This document shows positions 1 through 9,907 of a DNA stretch of 64,000 bases, piece by piece (position 1 is the first letter of the stretch; each line of letters starts with the position of its first letter). The stretch covers positions 31,062 through 95,061 of the forward strand of contig DIEY01000003.1 of the NCBI GenBank assembly GCA_002418865.1, in the 5' to 3' direction. The notes under the pieces are model-generated. The model saw only the letters and a list, made by a program, of their open reading frames with translations. It searched no databases and was not told the origin of the DNA. The DNA is from Bacteroidales bacterium UBA5762 (GTDB taxonomy: Bacteria; Bacteroidota; Bacteroidia; Bacteroidales; TTA-H9). The position numbers were made by a program, and so were the translations under genes.

Positions 1-51
1 GACTTGGTAAAATATGCTATTAAACATCATCTCATCGAAATTAACCCATAG
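1..51 (+). CDS. 3' end of an upstream gene (partial). The C-terminal peptide is DLVKYAIKHHLIEINP*, possibly the tail of a LuxR/NarL-type HTH regulator.
   Basis: An open frame runs from base 1 to a TAG at 49-51. The tail resembles the last helix of LuxR-family HTH domains. Only 16 residues are visible. Confidence 0.3.
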   Translation, partial: DLVKYAIKHHLIEINP

Positions 52-262
52 CTAATTTATAATCATCACCTATAGCTTTTTATTATTGGTGTATTCCATT
101 CAACTTTACCTTCATCAAATATTAATCTAATGAATCATTTTGATTTTGATAGACCTTATTTATAATTTAGACTTAATTTGAACAACAAATAACACTCACC
201 TAACCTAATTTTTGCGAAATTTGCGCTTTAAAAAATTTTTACAACAACAATAGAATTTTACG

Positions 263-2443
263 ATGGAAAACCTGCGACTCAAAGCCTTAGAGAAGCTTCT
301 GGAACGTCAACCCAAGCATTTTCTTTTGCCCTCAAAGAAGGTTTCGGAATATTATGGGGAGCTTACTTTTGGAAAAGAAGCCATGCGAAACTATCTTACA
401 GAGGATGTATATAAAAAATTAATCAACAATATAGAAATGGGCGATGCCATTGATCGAGAGATTGCTGATCAAGTGGCCTCAGCATTAAAGGCCTGGGCCA
501 TTAGCAAGGGAGTTACCCATTTTTCGCATTGGTTTCATCCGCTTACTGGAGCAACTGCCGAGAAACACGATGCATTTATAGTTCCTACTGGATATGGAAA
601 AGCCATAGAAGTATTCAAAGGAGAGGAATTAGTTCAACAAGAACCCGATGCTTCGAGTTTCCCGAGTGGTGGAATAAGAAGTACTTTTGAAGCCAGAGGT
701 TATACGGCATGGGATCCTACTTCACCACCTTTTATTATTGATACGACCTTATGCATTCCGACTATATTTATTTCATACACTGCTGAAGCCCTCGACTATA
801 AAACGCCATTGTTAAGAATCCTATCAGAGCTTGACAAAGCTGCTACATCCGTAATGCAGCTTTTTAACGGCAATGCCAGGCATGTTATGGCTAATTTAGG
901 TTGGGAACAGGAATATTTTGTAGTTGATGCGGCCTTATTTTTGGCTCGCCCCGATTTAGTACTTACAGGAAGAACCGTTTTCGGACATCCATCGGCTAAA
1001 GATCAACAGCTAAGCGATCATTATTTTGGAGTAATCCCTGAGCGTGTAATTGAGTTTATGAAAGAATTTGAATACGAAGCCCACCGTTTAGGCATTCCAG
1101 TAAAAACGCGTCATAACGAAGTGGCACCCAATCAGTTCGAGCTTGCACCTGTATTCGAAGAAGTCAATCTTGCCGTTGATCATAATCAATTGGTAATGCT
1201 TTTATTACAAAAAGTCGCCAGTCGTCATCATTTACGTGTTCTTTTGCACGAAAAACCTTTTGCCAAAATTAATGGATCGGGCAAACACTGTAACTGGTCG
1301 ATGATGACAGATACTGGTGTTAATCTTTTGGCGCCTGGGAAAGATGAAAACGAAAACTTCAGGTTTATTACTATGATAGCCATTGTACTAAAAGCTGTAG
1401 AAACTCATGCCGACTTGCTTCGAGCCTCAATTGCTTCGGCCAGCAACGATCTCAGGCTTGGTGCCAACGAAGCTCCTCCGGCCATCATCTCTGCCTTTGT
1501 GGGTTCTTATTTAACCGAAACCCTCGAAGAAATCGAAAAAACTGGAACGATTAGAAATGGCTTTAAGGCTACACTCGATCACCATATTAGTAAAATTCCT
1601 CAAATTCTTAGAGACAATACCGACCGCAATCGAACCTCACCCTTTGCTTTTACAGGTAATAAATTCGAATTTAGAGCAGTTGGGGCATCACAAAATACTT
1701 CTTCGGCCATGATTGCCATCAACCTCATTGTTGCCGACCAAATGAAGCAATTCTTACAACAGGTTCAAACACATATAAATAACGGGATAGATAAAGACAA
1801 AGCCATTTATGAAGTAGTAAAGCAATATATTATAGATTCAAAACGCATTCGTTTCGAGGGAAATAGTTATAGTCATGAATGGATAGAAGAGTCTTCACGC
1901 CGTAATCTTAGCAATATCTCGTCAACCCCTGAAGCTTTGAAAGCCTATATTAGTCCTTCAACAATTGAAGTTTTCACTCGCAATCATGTGCTTACTGAAA
2001 GAGAGTTGCGTGCTCGTTATGAGATACAACTCGAAAATTACGTTCGAATGGTACAAATCGAAGCCAGAGTCATGGGAGATTTAGCCATTAACCACATTAT
2101 TCCTATCGCCATTCGTTATCAAAACACATTGTTAGAGAATGTTAGGGATTTGAAGGAAATCATAGATACAAAAACATTTAATACATTGGCCAAAAATCAA
2201 TTACAAACCATCAAAGCCATTTCGAATCATATATTTCAAATTAAGACTCAAGTAGATGAAATGGTTGAAGAACGCAAGAAGGCCAATAATCTGGAAACAA
2301 TAGAGGTAATGGCGGATGCCTATCTTCACAAGGTGTTACCTTACTTTGAACAAATTCGTTATCATACCGATAAGCTCGAAATGCTGGTTGACGATGAATT
2401 ATGGCCTTTGCCCAAATACAGAGAATTGCTTTTAATTCGGTAA
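263..2443 (+). CDS. glnN: Glutamine synthetase type III
   Basis: 726 aa, the typical GSIII length. It has the GS ATP/glutamate-site motif INGSGKHCNWS and HNEVAPNQFE. The long N- and C-terminal extensions are characteristic of Bacteroides-type GSIII. Confidence 0.9.
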   Translation: MENLRLKALEKLLERQPKHFLLPSKKVSEYYGELTFGKEAMRNYLTEDVYKKLINNIEMGDAIDREIADQVASALKAWAISKGVTHFSHWFHPLTGATAEKHDAFIVPTGYGKAIEVFKGEELVQQEPDASSFPSGGIRSTFEARGYTAWDPTSPPFIIDTTLCIPTIFISYTAEALDYKTPLLRILSELDKAATSVMQLFNGNARHVMANLGWEQEYFVVDAALFLARPDLVLTGRTVFGHPSAKDQQLSDHYFGVIPERVIEFMKEFEYEAHRLGIPVKTRHNEVAPNQFELAPVFEEVNLAVDHNQLVMLLLQKVASRHHLRVLLHEKPFAKINGSGKHCNWSMMTDTGVNLLAPGKDENENFRFITMIAIVLKAVETHADLLRASIASASNDLRLGANEAPPAIISAFVGSYLTETLEEIEKTGTIRNGFKATLDHHISKIPQILRDNTDRNRTSPFAFTGNKFEFRAVGASQNTSSAMIAINLIVADQMKQFLQQVQTHINNGIDKDKAIYEVVKQYIIDSKRIRFEGNSYSHEWIEESSRRNLSNISSTPEALKAYISPSTIEVFTRNHVLTERELRARYEIQLENYVRMVQIEARVMGDLAINHIIPIAIRYQNTLLENVRDLKEIIDTKTFNTLAKNQLQTIKAISNHIFQIKTQVDEMVEERKKANNLETIEVMADAYLHKVLPYFEQIRYHTDKLEMLVDDELWPLPKYRELLLIR

Positions 2444-2488
2444 TTCATTCATCGTTAAATTCAGTTTATTCTTGCAATAAAACTGTGA

Positions 2489-4033
2489 TCATCTGGGGAC
2501 TCGGAATAATTTATTCCACCTAATTTTTCCATCGGCAAGCGATTTATCTTTATCGAGACTAAGCCAAACAAAAACCGCTTTGCCAACAATATGATCTTCG
2601 GGAACAAAGCCCCAATAGCGAGAATCAGCCGAGTTATGCCGATTATCACCCATCATCCAGTAGTAATTTTGCTGAAAACAGTATGAATGAGCTTCTTTAT
2701 CATTGATAAAGATTTTATTGCCTTTGACATCCAATTTATTTTTTTCGTACACTTCGATGATTCTTCTATACAAAGGCAAATTTTTAAGGTTAAGTGAAAC
2801 TTCGTCTCCTTTGCGTGGAATATATAAAGGTCCGAAATTATCGACGTTCCAACGATAGGCTGAATCGAAAGGAAAAATGTCGGGCGACCATTCTCCTGCA
2901 GGAGCGAGCTGGGGTTTAACTTCTATAACCCCAGGTATTTTGCTAATTTGTTTCACATTGTCGTTTGTAAGAGGAAGTATAGCATATTGTTGAAACCATC
3001 CAATGTCTTCCTTTGAAATATCCAAACGTTCAAGAACTCGACTACTTAATCCACGACCCTCCGTGCGTATCAGATAATTAAATTGCAATAAAGGAGGATT
3101 AGGCATCTCTTTGCCATTAAGGTAAACCTGCCTGTCGATAATCTGTACGGTGTCACCTGGTAAGGCAATACAGCGTTTGATATAATTTTCTCGTTTATCA
3201 ATTGGCCGGGCTACCACATGATATGTACGCCATACGGCTTCTCGGCCCATACCCTCTCTGTATCGACTTCCCATTCCCATTTTGAATTCTTCCTCAGCCA
3301 TTCTCACTATTCGATAATAATCCTCGTTTTGACGTTCCAAAACGACAGTGTCTCCTGTGGGATAATTAAAAACAACCGGATCATTACGCTTTATTTTACC
3401 AAACCCCGGAAAACGGTAATAAGGCAATCGAAACCATTCGACATAAGATTTTGTATATCGGGTAAAAGGCAAAGTGTTGTGCACAAATGGAAAAGATATT
3501 GGAGTGTTGGGAACCCTAGGCCCATACGACATCTTACTTACAAAAAGGTAGTCACCTACCAAAAGTGTTTTTTCCATTGAAGGCGTAGGTATGGTATAGG
3601 CTTCGAAAATAAAGGTACGTATTATCAAGGCAGCTACTACCGCAAAAATTATGGCATCTACCCATTCCCGTAAGGCAGTTTTTTTAATCACAGGTTGTTT
3701 GGAAGGCTCAAGGTATTTTTCTTTGGACGATAATCCCAAATAAGGTAGGTATATCACAGGGAACAAAACGGCCAAGGCCTGATGCCCTAAATCATATTTC
3801 TGATAACACTTGGCAATTTCCACTTCCATTAAGAAGACCATAAAAACATTGATAAAGGGAACAAACAACAGTAAAAACCAATAAAGTTGCTTCCCTATGA
3901 TCTTATTCCACAAGTAATAATTATAAAATGGAATGAGTACTTTCCATGGCGCTATACCAACATCTTTGAAAATGGTTAGCAAGAAAACTGGGAAAAAAAT
4001 GAAGGCTAAAATAATGTAAACCAGAGGGTCCAT
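2489..4033 (-). CDS. lepB: Signal peptidase I with an extra N-terminal multi-pass membrane module
   Basis: S26 boxes are present: IPTPSMEKTLLVGDYLFVSK (Ser nucleophile), YIKRCIALPGD (Lys box) and GDNRHNSADSRYWGFVPEDHIVGKA. The first ~110 aa form 3-4 additional hydrophobic helices. Confidence 0.85.
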   Translation of the reverse strand: MDPLVYIILAFIFFPVFLLTIFKDVGIAPWKVLIPFYNYYLWNKIIGKQLYWFLLLFVPFINVFMVFLMEVEIAKCYQKYDLGHQALAVLFPVIYLPYLGLSSKEKYLEPSKQPVIKKTALREWVDAIIFAVVAALIIRTFIFEAYTIPTPSMEKTLLVGDYLFVSKMSYGPRVPNTPISFPFVHNTLPFTRYTKSYVEWFRLPYYRFPGFGKIKRNDPVVFNYPTGDTVVLERQNEDYYRIVRMAEEEFKMGMGSRYREGMGREAVWRTYHVVARPIDKRENYIKRCIALPGDTVQIIDRQVYLNGKEMPNPPLLQFNYLIRTEGRGLSSRVLERLDISKEDIGWFQQYAILPLTNDNVKQISKIPGVIEVKPQLAPAGEWSPDIFPFDSAYRWNVDNFGPLYIPRKGDEVSLNLKNLPLYRRIIEVYEKNKLDVKGNKIFINDKEAHSYCFQQNYYWMMGDNRHNSADSRYWGFVPEDHIVGKAVFVWLSLDKDKSLADGKIRWNKLFRVPR

Positions 4034-4075
4034 TTGTTTTATGGGTATAATTATGCAGATTTAACGCTACATGAG

Positions 4076-4083
4076 TAAATTTG
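4076..4083 (+). promoter_or_regulatory. Candidate Bacteroidetes -7 promoter element TAAATTTG upstream of recQ
   Basis: Exact match to TAnnTTTG, 120 nt upstream of the recQ ATG. I saw no good -33 TTTG. Confidence 0.3.
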
Positions 4084-4202
4084 TTGCAATTATAGTAAAA
4101 TTGGATGAAACGCTTAAATATTTTTATTCACCCAATATCTGCGAAATAATCTAAGCAGACATAAAATACACAAGTAACATGGTTTTGATATTGCATTAGA
4201 AT

Positions 4203-6131
4203 ATGGGCACAAGTAACAAATACGATATACATCAAATACTCTTTCAATATTTTGGATATAAGTCATTTAGGCCTTTGCAGGAGGATATCATTCGGTCGGT
4301 GTTAGAAGGAAAAGATACGCTTGCCTTACTTCCGACGGGTGGTGGGAAGAGTCTTTGCTACCAGGTTCCTGCAATTGCTATGGAAGGGCTTTGTTTAGTG
4401 GTTTCGCCGCTTATTGCATTAATGAGAGATCAGGTAGAAACGCTCAAAGGTAAAGGATTGGAATCCGAAGCCGTTTTTTCGGGCTTAAGCAATTATCAAA
4501 TAGAAAAAATTCTCGATCATGCAGCTTATGGAAGCTTAAAATTTTTATATCTATCACCTGAAAGGCTTATCACTTCCTCATTCAGAGACCGATTACCTTT
4601 TATGAAATTAAATATGATAGCTGTTGACGAAGCCCACTGCATTTCGCAATGGGGTTATGATTTTAGGCCTCCTTATCTGCGTATTGCGGAGATTAGAGAA
4701 TTTCATCCTCAAACACCCATTATTGCTCTTACTGCTACTGCTACCAAAGAAGTTATTAATGACATTCAAGACAAACTGTTGTTCAAAGAAAAAAATGTTT
4801 TAAGCCGAAGTTTCGATCGCCCCAATTTAATTTATGTAGTGCAAAATGAAAACAACAAAGCCAGGCGTTTACTAAAAATCTGCAACAATTTAAAAGGTTC
4901 GGGAATCGTTTATGTGCGCAACAGAAGAAAAACCGTTGAGATTGCAAAATTTCTGGTTCAAAATCACTATCCAGCTGGGGTCTATCATGCCGGCATGAAC
5001 CTCGCACAAAGAAACAATATACAAAACCGTTGGATGGAGAATCGTTTAAGAGTAATGGTAGCAACCAATGCTTTTGGGATGGGAATTGACAAACCCGATG
5101 TAAGATTTGTAGTGCACATGGATATTCCCGATTCACCTGAAGCTTATTTTCAGGAAGCCGGACGTGCAGGAAGAGATGGCAAGTTATCTTATGCCATATT
5201 ACTCTATGACGAAGCCGACATTACAGATATCAACGAAAACTTCAATAATTCTTGGCCAAGTTATGGCGTAATAAAAAATGTATATAATGCCTTGGGCAAT
5301 TATTATAATCTTGCCATTGGCTCAGGCAAGGATATTTCTTTCGATTTCGACTTAAATGAATTTTGCAAACGTTTTAATTTTAAATCACTCCCAACTTTCA
5401 ATGCTCTGAAAATCATCGAAAAAGAAGGTTACATAGCCTTGAATGATGCCTTCGATTCACCTTCCCAGCTTATGTTTCGGTTATCGGGTGACGAAATGTA
5501 CAATTTCCAAGTGGCCAACAAGAAATTCGATGGTTTCATTAAAATCATCTCTCGCTTATATGGTGGTGCACTTTATACAACCCACCAAAGAATTAATGAA
5601 GAAGCCATAGCCAAATATCTCAATATAAAAACCGATCAGGTGATTCAGCTTTTAACCGAACTCGACAAGCTCGAGGTGATATCTTACGTTCCACGAAAAA
5701 ATAAACCTCAACTCATTTTTGTAACCGAAAGACTAGATGCTTCTCAATTTTATTTATCTCCCGAGAATTACCAATTAAGAAAAAATGCCGCAAAAAAGCG
5801 ACTCGAAGCCATGATCGATTATATCAAAGATGAAAACCACTGCCGAAGTCAAATCCTATTATCTTATTTTGGCGAGAAAACCAAAGTACGCTGTGGCGCG
5901 TGTGATTACTGCATCAAACATCATCTCTTGGATTTGGATGAAAAAGAATATATCACTATCGAAACAGAATTGGAAAAAATTATCAAGGATCAGCCCATTA
6001 GCTTAGCAAACGTTTTAAAACAACTTCCTTCATATTTGGATGAAGACAAGGTGATGCAAGTAGTGGATTATTTGGTCGAAAATGGGAAATTACTTCGCGA
6101 TAACTATGGCATGCTGAGTTTCAGACCATAA
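4203..6131 (+). CDS. recQ: RecQ-family ATP-dependent DNA helicase
   Basis: Motifs: LPTGGGKSLCYQ (Walker A), VDEAHCISQWGYDFRPPY (DEAH box, RecQ signature), QEAGRAGRDG (motif VI) and the RecQ-Ct Zn cluster CRSQ...CGACDYC. Confidence 0.87.
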   Translation: MGTSNKYDIHQILFQYFGYKSFRPLQEDIIRSVLEGKDTLALLPTGGGKSLCYQVPAIAMEGLCLVVSPLIALMRDQVETLKGKGLESEAVFSGLSNYQIEKILDHAAYGSLKFLYLSPERLITSSFRDRLPFMKLNMIAVDEAHCISQWGYDFRPPYLRIAEIREFHPQTPIIALTATATKEVINDIQDKLLFKEKNVLSRSFDRPNLIYVVQNENNKARRLLKICNNLKGSGIVYVRNRRKTVEIAKFLVQNHYPAGVYHAGMNLAQRNNIQNRWMENRLRVMVATNAFGMGIDKPDVRFVVHMDIPDSPEAYFQEAGRAGRDGKLSYAILLYDEADITDINENFNNSWPSYGVIKNVYNALGNYYNLAIGSGKDISFDFDLNEFCKRFNFKSLPTFNALKIIEKEGYIALNDAFDSPSQLMFRLSGDEMYNFQVANKKFDGFIKIISRLYGGALYTTHQRINEEAIAKYLNIKTDQVIQLLTELDKLEVISYVPRKNKPQLIFVTERLDASQFYLSPENYQLRKNAAKKRLEAMIDYIKDENHCRSQILLSYFGEKTKVRCGACDYCIKHHLLDLDEKEYITIETELEKIIKDQPISLANVLKQLPSYLDEDKVMQVVDYLVENGKLLRDNYGMLSFRP

Positions 6132-6133
6132 AA

Positions 6134-6168
6134 AAAGCCCCCTGTTGACACATAGGGGCTTTCTTTTA
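6134..6168. terminator. Bidirectional rho-independent terminator between convergent recQ and hup
   Basis: Stem AGCCCC (6136-6141) pairs with GGGGCT (6155-6160). It is preceded by an A-run and followed by TTCTTTT. Confidence 0.7.
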
Positions 6169-6181
6169 AACAGAATTTCAA

Positions 6182-6454
6182 TTACTTAACTCCTTTTGAT
6201 AGTTCACTGCCGGGTTTGAATTTTACGACAGTTTTGGCGGGAATTTGGATAGGAGCCTTGGTTCGTGGATTGCGTCCTGTACGGGCACTTCTTTTGGCAA
6301 CACCAAAAGTTCCAAAACCAATCAGAGAAACTTTTTCGCCTTGTTTTAAGGCATCTGAAATAGCTAAGATGGTGGCATCCAAGGCCTTCTTCGAGGCTGC
6401 TTTTGTCAATCCGGCATTTGCAGCAATGGCATCAATTAATTCTGCTTTGTTCAT
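6182..6454 (-). CDS. hup: HU-family nucleoid DNA-binding protein
   Basis: The sequence MNKAELIDAIA...GFGTFGVAKRSARTGRNPRTKAPIQIPA is canonical HU/IHF. I place the start at the internal ATG (6454), not the ORF-track start (6532), because a promoter box lies inside the extension. Confidence 0.9.
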   Translation of the reverse strand: MNKAELIDAIAANAGLTKAASKKALDATILAISDALKQGEKVSLIGFGTFGVAKRSARTGRNPRTKAPIQIPAKTVVKFKPGSELSKGVK

Positions 6455-6489
6455 AATAATAGTTTTTAAGTTAACATTTAATGGTAATG

Positions 6490-6497
6490 CAAATATA
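6490..6497 (-). promoter_or_regulatory. Candidate -7 element TATATTTG for hup
   Basis: The minus strand reads TATATTTG (TAnnTTTG), 36 nt upstream of the 6454 ATG. A cTTG lies 19 nt further upstream. Confidence 0.45.
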
Positions 6498-6779
6498 TAT
6501 AAAAACTCTTTGAAATCAAGCGATGTATGCAATTTTTTGAAAAATTGTTCAAAAAATTATTAATTTGTTAATAACTTCACCTTCTCCTTCCAATGCATTG
6601 CCCTCTTCATACTCTCCAAAATCATCTAAATTCTTAAGTTGAATTTTTGGTAAAATTTTTATATAAAATCGAGGTAAAAAACCATTAATCAATATAAATT
6701 ATTGATTTATAATATTTTAAACATGTCAAAATGAGGATGTATTAAAAAATTAGATGACCTCAATTCTCTAAAAAGATTT

Positions 6780-7754
6780 CTAACGCATCGTCCAAAGAGC
6801 ATCGAGAGAAAATCCGCGTAAAAAGGAGACTATGTCCATGCGTTTTTTCCCACTGAGTTGTACTTCGGTCAGTTCTAAAAAACCATCGGTACAAGCCACT
6901 TTAACAAACGATTTTCCATCTGTGATCAAACTCCCAGGAGCCTTCGAATGATGATGATCTGACAAGGGATTTGCATAAAAAACTTTCAGAATAAAATTGT
7001 TTCCATTAGGTGATTGTAAAATAGTGAAAGCGCCTGGTGAAGGATTGAGAGCTCTAATTTGGTTGAAAATCTTTTGGACTGGGTTATGCCAGTAAATTTT
7101 ACAGTCTTGTCGAGTAATCTTTTTAGCATAATGCAAGACAATATTTTCTTCCATCAAATTATTTTGATCTTTGGGTTGAAAATCGCTTGTAGTAATAATA
7201 TGTAAAGTTTTTAGGATTAGTTCGGCACCCAATTGCATCATTCTGTCGTGAAGACTACCGGCTGTTTCATTCGGATGGATAGGTACAGCTTGCTGAAGTA
7301 TTATTTTTCCCTGGTCGATTCCTTCATCTATAAAAAAAGTCGTCAAACCTGTAATAGTTTCGCCATTCATAATAGCATGTTGAATAGGTGCTGCACCTCT
7401 ATAATTAGGCAAAAGGGAGGCATGCAAATTAATGGTTCCTATGCTGGCTATCTTCCATACTTCGGGTGGAAGCAGTCGAAAAGCAACGACTAAAATAACA
7501 TCGGGGGCCAAACTTTTGAGTTGTTCAATAAATTGTGGTTCTTTCATCGAGAATGGTTGTAACAATGGCAGACCCGTCGTTTGAGCATAAATTTTTACCG
7601 GACTGGATTGCAGATGTTGACCTCTTCCAGCTGGTTTATCTGGGACAGTTACAATAGCTTTCACACTGTAGTCATTGCTTATTAGAGCCTTCAAAGGGGC
7701 TACGGCAAATTCCGGAGTCCCCATATAAACCAGTTTCAAATCTTTCTCCGTCAT
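6780..7754 (-). CDS. fmt: Methionyl-tRNA formyltransferase
   Basis: Motifs: MGTPEFAV, HASLLPNYRGAAPIQHAIMNGE (formyltransferase SLLP motif) and a C-terminal Fmt domain. Confidence 0.9.
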   Translation of the reverse strand: MTEKDLKLVYMGTPEFAVAPLKALISNDYSVKAIVTVPDKPAGRGQHLQSSPVKIYAQTTGLPLLQPFSMKEPQFIEQLKSLAPDVILVVAFRLLPPEVWKIASIGTINLHASLLPNYRGAAPIQHAIMNGETITGLTTFFIDEGIDQGKIILQQAVPIHPNETAGSLHDRMMQLGAELILKTLHIITTSDFQPKDQNNLMEENIVLHYAKKITRQDCKIYWHNPVQKIFNQIRALNPSPGAFTILQSPNGNNFILKVFYANPLSDHHHSKAPGSLITDGKSFVKVACTDGFLELTEVQLSGKKRMDIVSFLRGFSLDALWTMR

Positions 7755-7799
7755 TCAAAAAAAATAAAAAGAAAGCCTGATTCCTTTTGAACCAGGCTT
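7755..7799 (-). terminator. Rho-independent terminator after the TPR gene, abutting the fmt start codon
   Basis: The minus strand reads AAGCCTG-13 nt loop-CAGGCTT, followed by TCTTTTTATTTTTTTT. The T-tract ends 2 nt before the fmt ATG. Confidence 0.55.
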
Positions 7800-7818
7800 A
7801 AGTTAAAACCTTATATGA

Positions 7819-8505
7819 TCATTTAAGCATACCTTTTGCCTTGGCAATAAAACGATCTATATCACGTGCTTCGTAACTTTTAGGATAGTTTGTTTGAATT
7901 TCTTCATAAACTTTTAAAGCATGGTCATAATCATTGAGCAGCTCATAAGTCAATCCTGCCTTCATCAGAAACATAGGTGTAGTTAGTTCATTTTTGTGTT
8001 TGGCTGCTTGCAGATAAAAATCGATAGCCTTTTCATTTTTGCCAAGTTCTAAATAGGCATCTCCAATTCCACCTAAAGCCATTGATTTAGCTAAAGGATT
8101 TTTTGAATCGAATTTTTTCAGATATCGAATAGCATTGTCAAAATCTTCCAGTTTTAAATAACATATTCCGGTATAGTATTTTGCGAGGTTGCCGGTCTTA
8201 GTTGATCCATATCTATCGACTATTTCGAGGAAGCCGGCATATTGTCCATCACCATTCAATGCTTGGTATATTGAATCCAGTTCGAAATAATTTTGTGCCA
8301 TGAAAATCTCATTGGCGGCCTTCACTTCTTTTGGGGCTACAATGAGTCTTTGATAGCCGAGAAATCCTAAAATTACAACAATTATAGCTCCTACTACTAT
8401 AAGAATTATTTTCTGATTCTCTTCTAAAAAACGTTCACTTTTTGTTAGTGCACTTTCAACTGCTTCTATTCTTCCTTCGGTTGCTTCTTTTTTCTTTTTA
8501 CTCAT
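7819..8505 (-). CDS. Membrane-anchored tetratricopeptide-repeat protein (YfgM-like)
   Basis: It has an N-terminal charged segment, one TM helix (IILIVVGAIIVVILGFLGY), then TPR-like repeats (AKYYTGICYLKLEDFDNAIRYL, GDAYLELGKNEKAIDFY, LTYELLNDYDHALKVY). Confidence 0.6.
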   Translation of the reverse strand: MSKKKKEATEGRIEAVESALTKSERFLEENQKIILIVVGAIIVVILGFLGYQRLIVAPKEVKAANEIFMAQNYFELDSIYQALNGDGQYAGFLEIVDRYGSTKTGNLAKYYTGICYLKLEDFDNAIRYLKKFDSKNPLAKSMALGGIGDAYLELGKNEKAIDFYLQAAKHKNELTTPMFLMKAGLTYELLNDYDHALKVYEEIQTNYPKSYEARDIDRFIAKAKGMLK

Positions 8506-8674
8506 TCTATTTATACGTTAATTTGGGCATGCAAAATTAAAAAATGATTGATAAATTTCACTATTTCTCCAGTTTAAAATTTAGAAAGTGATAATAGTAG
8601 GCCACAATGGATAAAAAAATTATTAAGTCTTACTTCATTTTTCATATAAACCAATAGATTGAAGTTTAAAAAAA

Positions 8675-9907
8675 TTAACCAAAAAACAGATAAGCCATAA
8701 AAATTGCAGTGATAATTCCTGCCAAATCGGCAATAAGTCCACAAACTACCGCATACCGGCTATTACGTATACCCACTGAACCAAAATAGAGGGCAAGAAT
8801 ATAAAAAGTTGTATCGGTAGATCCTTGGAAGAGGCATGACAAGCGGCCAACGAAAGAATCGGCACCAAAGTGTTTCATAGCTTCGAGCATCATTCCTCTG
8901 GCGCCACTTCCACTCAAAGGCTTCATCATAGCAGTTGGCAAAGCAGGCACAAATGAAGTATCGAGACCGGCCTTTTGTGCACACCAAGAAATGCCATTAA
9001 CTAAGGCATCCATGGCTCCAGATGCTCTGAAAACACCAATCGCCACTAAAATACCAACTAAATAAGGGATAATTCTTACTGCTATACTAAAACCCTCTTT
9101 GGCTCCTTCTATAAATTCGTCATATACTCTTACCTTTTTAATGGCAGCCAGAATCATAAACACGACAATGATAGAAAAAAGAATCACACTGCTGATGGCC
9201 GTTGAAATCCTATTCATAGTCTGCTGGTCAACGATGCTCAGATACCACACCAATCCACCTACTAAGGCAGTAAAACCCAGCAAATACAATAATATGGTTT
9301 TTTGGAAAAGATTTATTCTTTGGACCAAACTCACAGAGATAATCCCTATGAACGTTGAAGCGAAAGTGGAAAGCAAAATTGGAAGAAAAACATCGGCTGG
9401 ATTAGCAGCACCCAATTGGGCACGAAACACCATAATACTTACAGGTATAATAGTTAAGCCAGAAGTATTGATAACCAAAAACATAATCATGGCATTAGAA
9501 GCCCTTTCCTTTTCAGGATTCAACTCTTGAAGTTGGTTCATGGCCTTTAAACCTAAAGGTGTGGCAGCATTATCGAGGCCTAACATGTTAGCTGCAATAT
9601 TCAATAAAATGGAACCATTGACAGGGTGATTGGGTGGTATTTCAGGGAAAAGCCTTCGAAAAAGTGGATTGACAAGTTTAGCCAAGATATCGACCATTCC
9701 TCCCTTCTCTCCTATTCGCATTATACCAAGCCATAAGGTCATTACTCCAGTTAGTCCTAACGATAGCTCAAATCCGACCTTGGCATTATCGAAAGTCGAT
9801 TGTATAATGGCATCGAATACACTGGCATCCTGAAAAAAAATTAGATGGACCAATGCAATGATGAAGGCAATGATAAAGAAACCCAGCCAAATATAATTCA
9901 GTATCAT
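8675..9907 (-). CDS. Nucleoside-recognition (Gate) domain membrane protein, fused SpmA/SpmB-like
   Basis: Polytopic membrane protein starting MILNYIWLGFF, as SpmA-family proteins do. The ORF-track start at 9946 is a TTG, and the ATG at 9907 fits better. Confidence 0.65.
   Translation of the reverse strand: MILNYIWLGFFIIAFIIALVHLIFFQDASVFDAIIQSTFDNAKVGFELSLGLTGVMTLWLGIMRIGEKGGMVDILAKLVNPLFRRLFPEIPPNHPVNGSILLNIAANMLGLDNAATPLGLKAMNQLQELNPEKERASNAMIMFLVINTSGLTIIPVSIMVFRAQLGAANPADVFLPILLSTFASTFIGIISVSLVQRINLFQKTILLYLLGFTALVGGLVWYLSIVDQQTMNRISTAISSVILFSIIVVFMILAAIKKVRVYDEFIEGAKEGFSIAVRIIPYLVGILVAIGVFRASGAMDALVNGISWCAQKAGLDTSFVPALPTAMMKPLSGSGARGMMLEAMKHFGADSFVGRLSCLFQGSTDTTFYILALYFGSVGIRNSRYAVVCGLIADLAGIITAIFMAYLFFG

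Noticed and set aside
6455-6532. The N-terminal 26-codon extension of the HU ORF in the ORF track. Similar extensions occur at 15871-15933, 35697-35732, 63123-63161 and 9908-9946.
   Set aside because: In each case the family-typical N-terminus or signal peptide begins at the internal ATG. For HU, a TAnnTTTG box lies inside the extension. The 9946 start is a TTG.
9099-9530. Shadow ORFs on the opposite strand of clear genes, for example 3218-3580, 4783-5136, 6216-6563, 9099-9530, 10595-11114, 14623-14979, 49641-50039 and 53547-54047.
   Set aside because: Each is fully embedded antisense or out of frame in a gene with strong family motifs. The translations are low-complexity or hydrophobic noise typical of AT-rich genomes.
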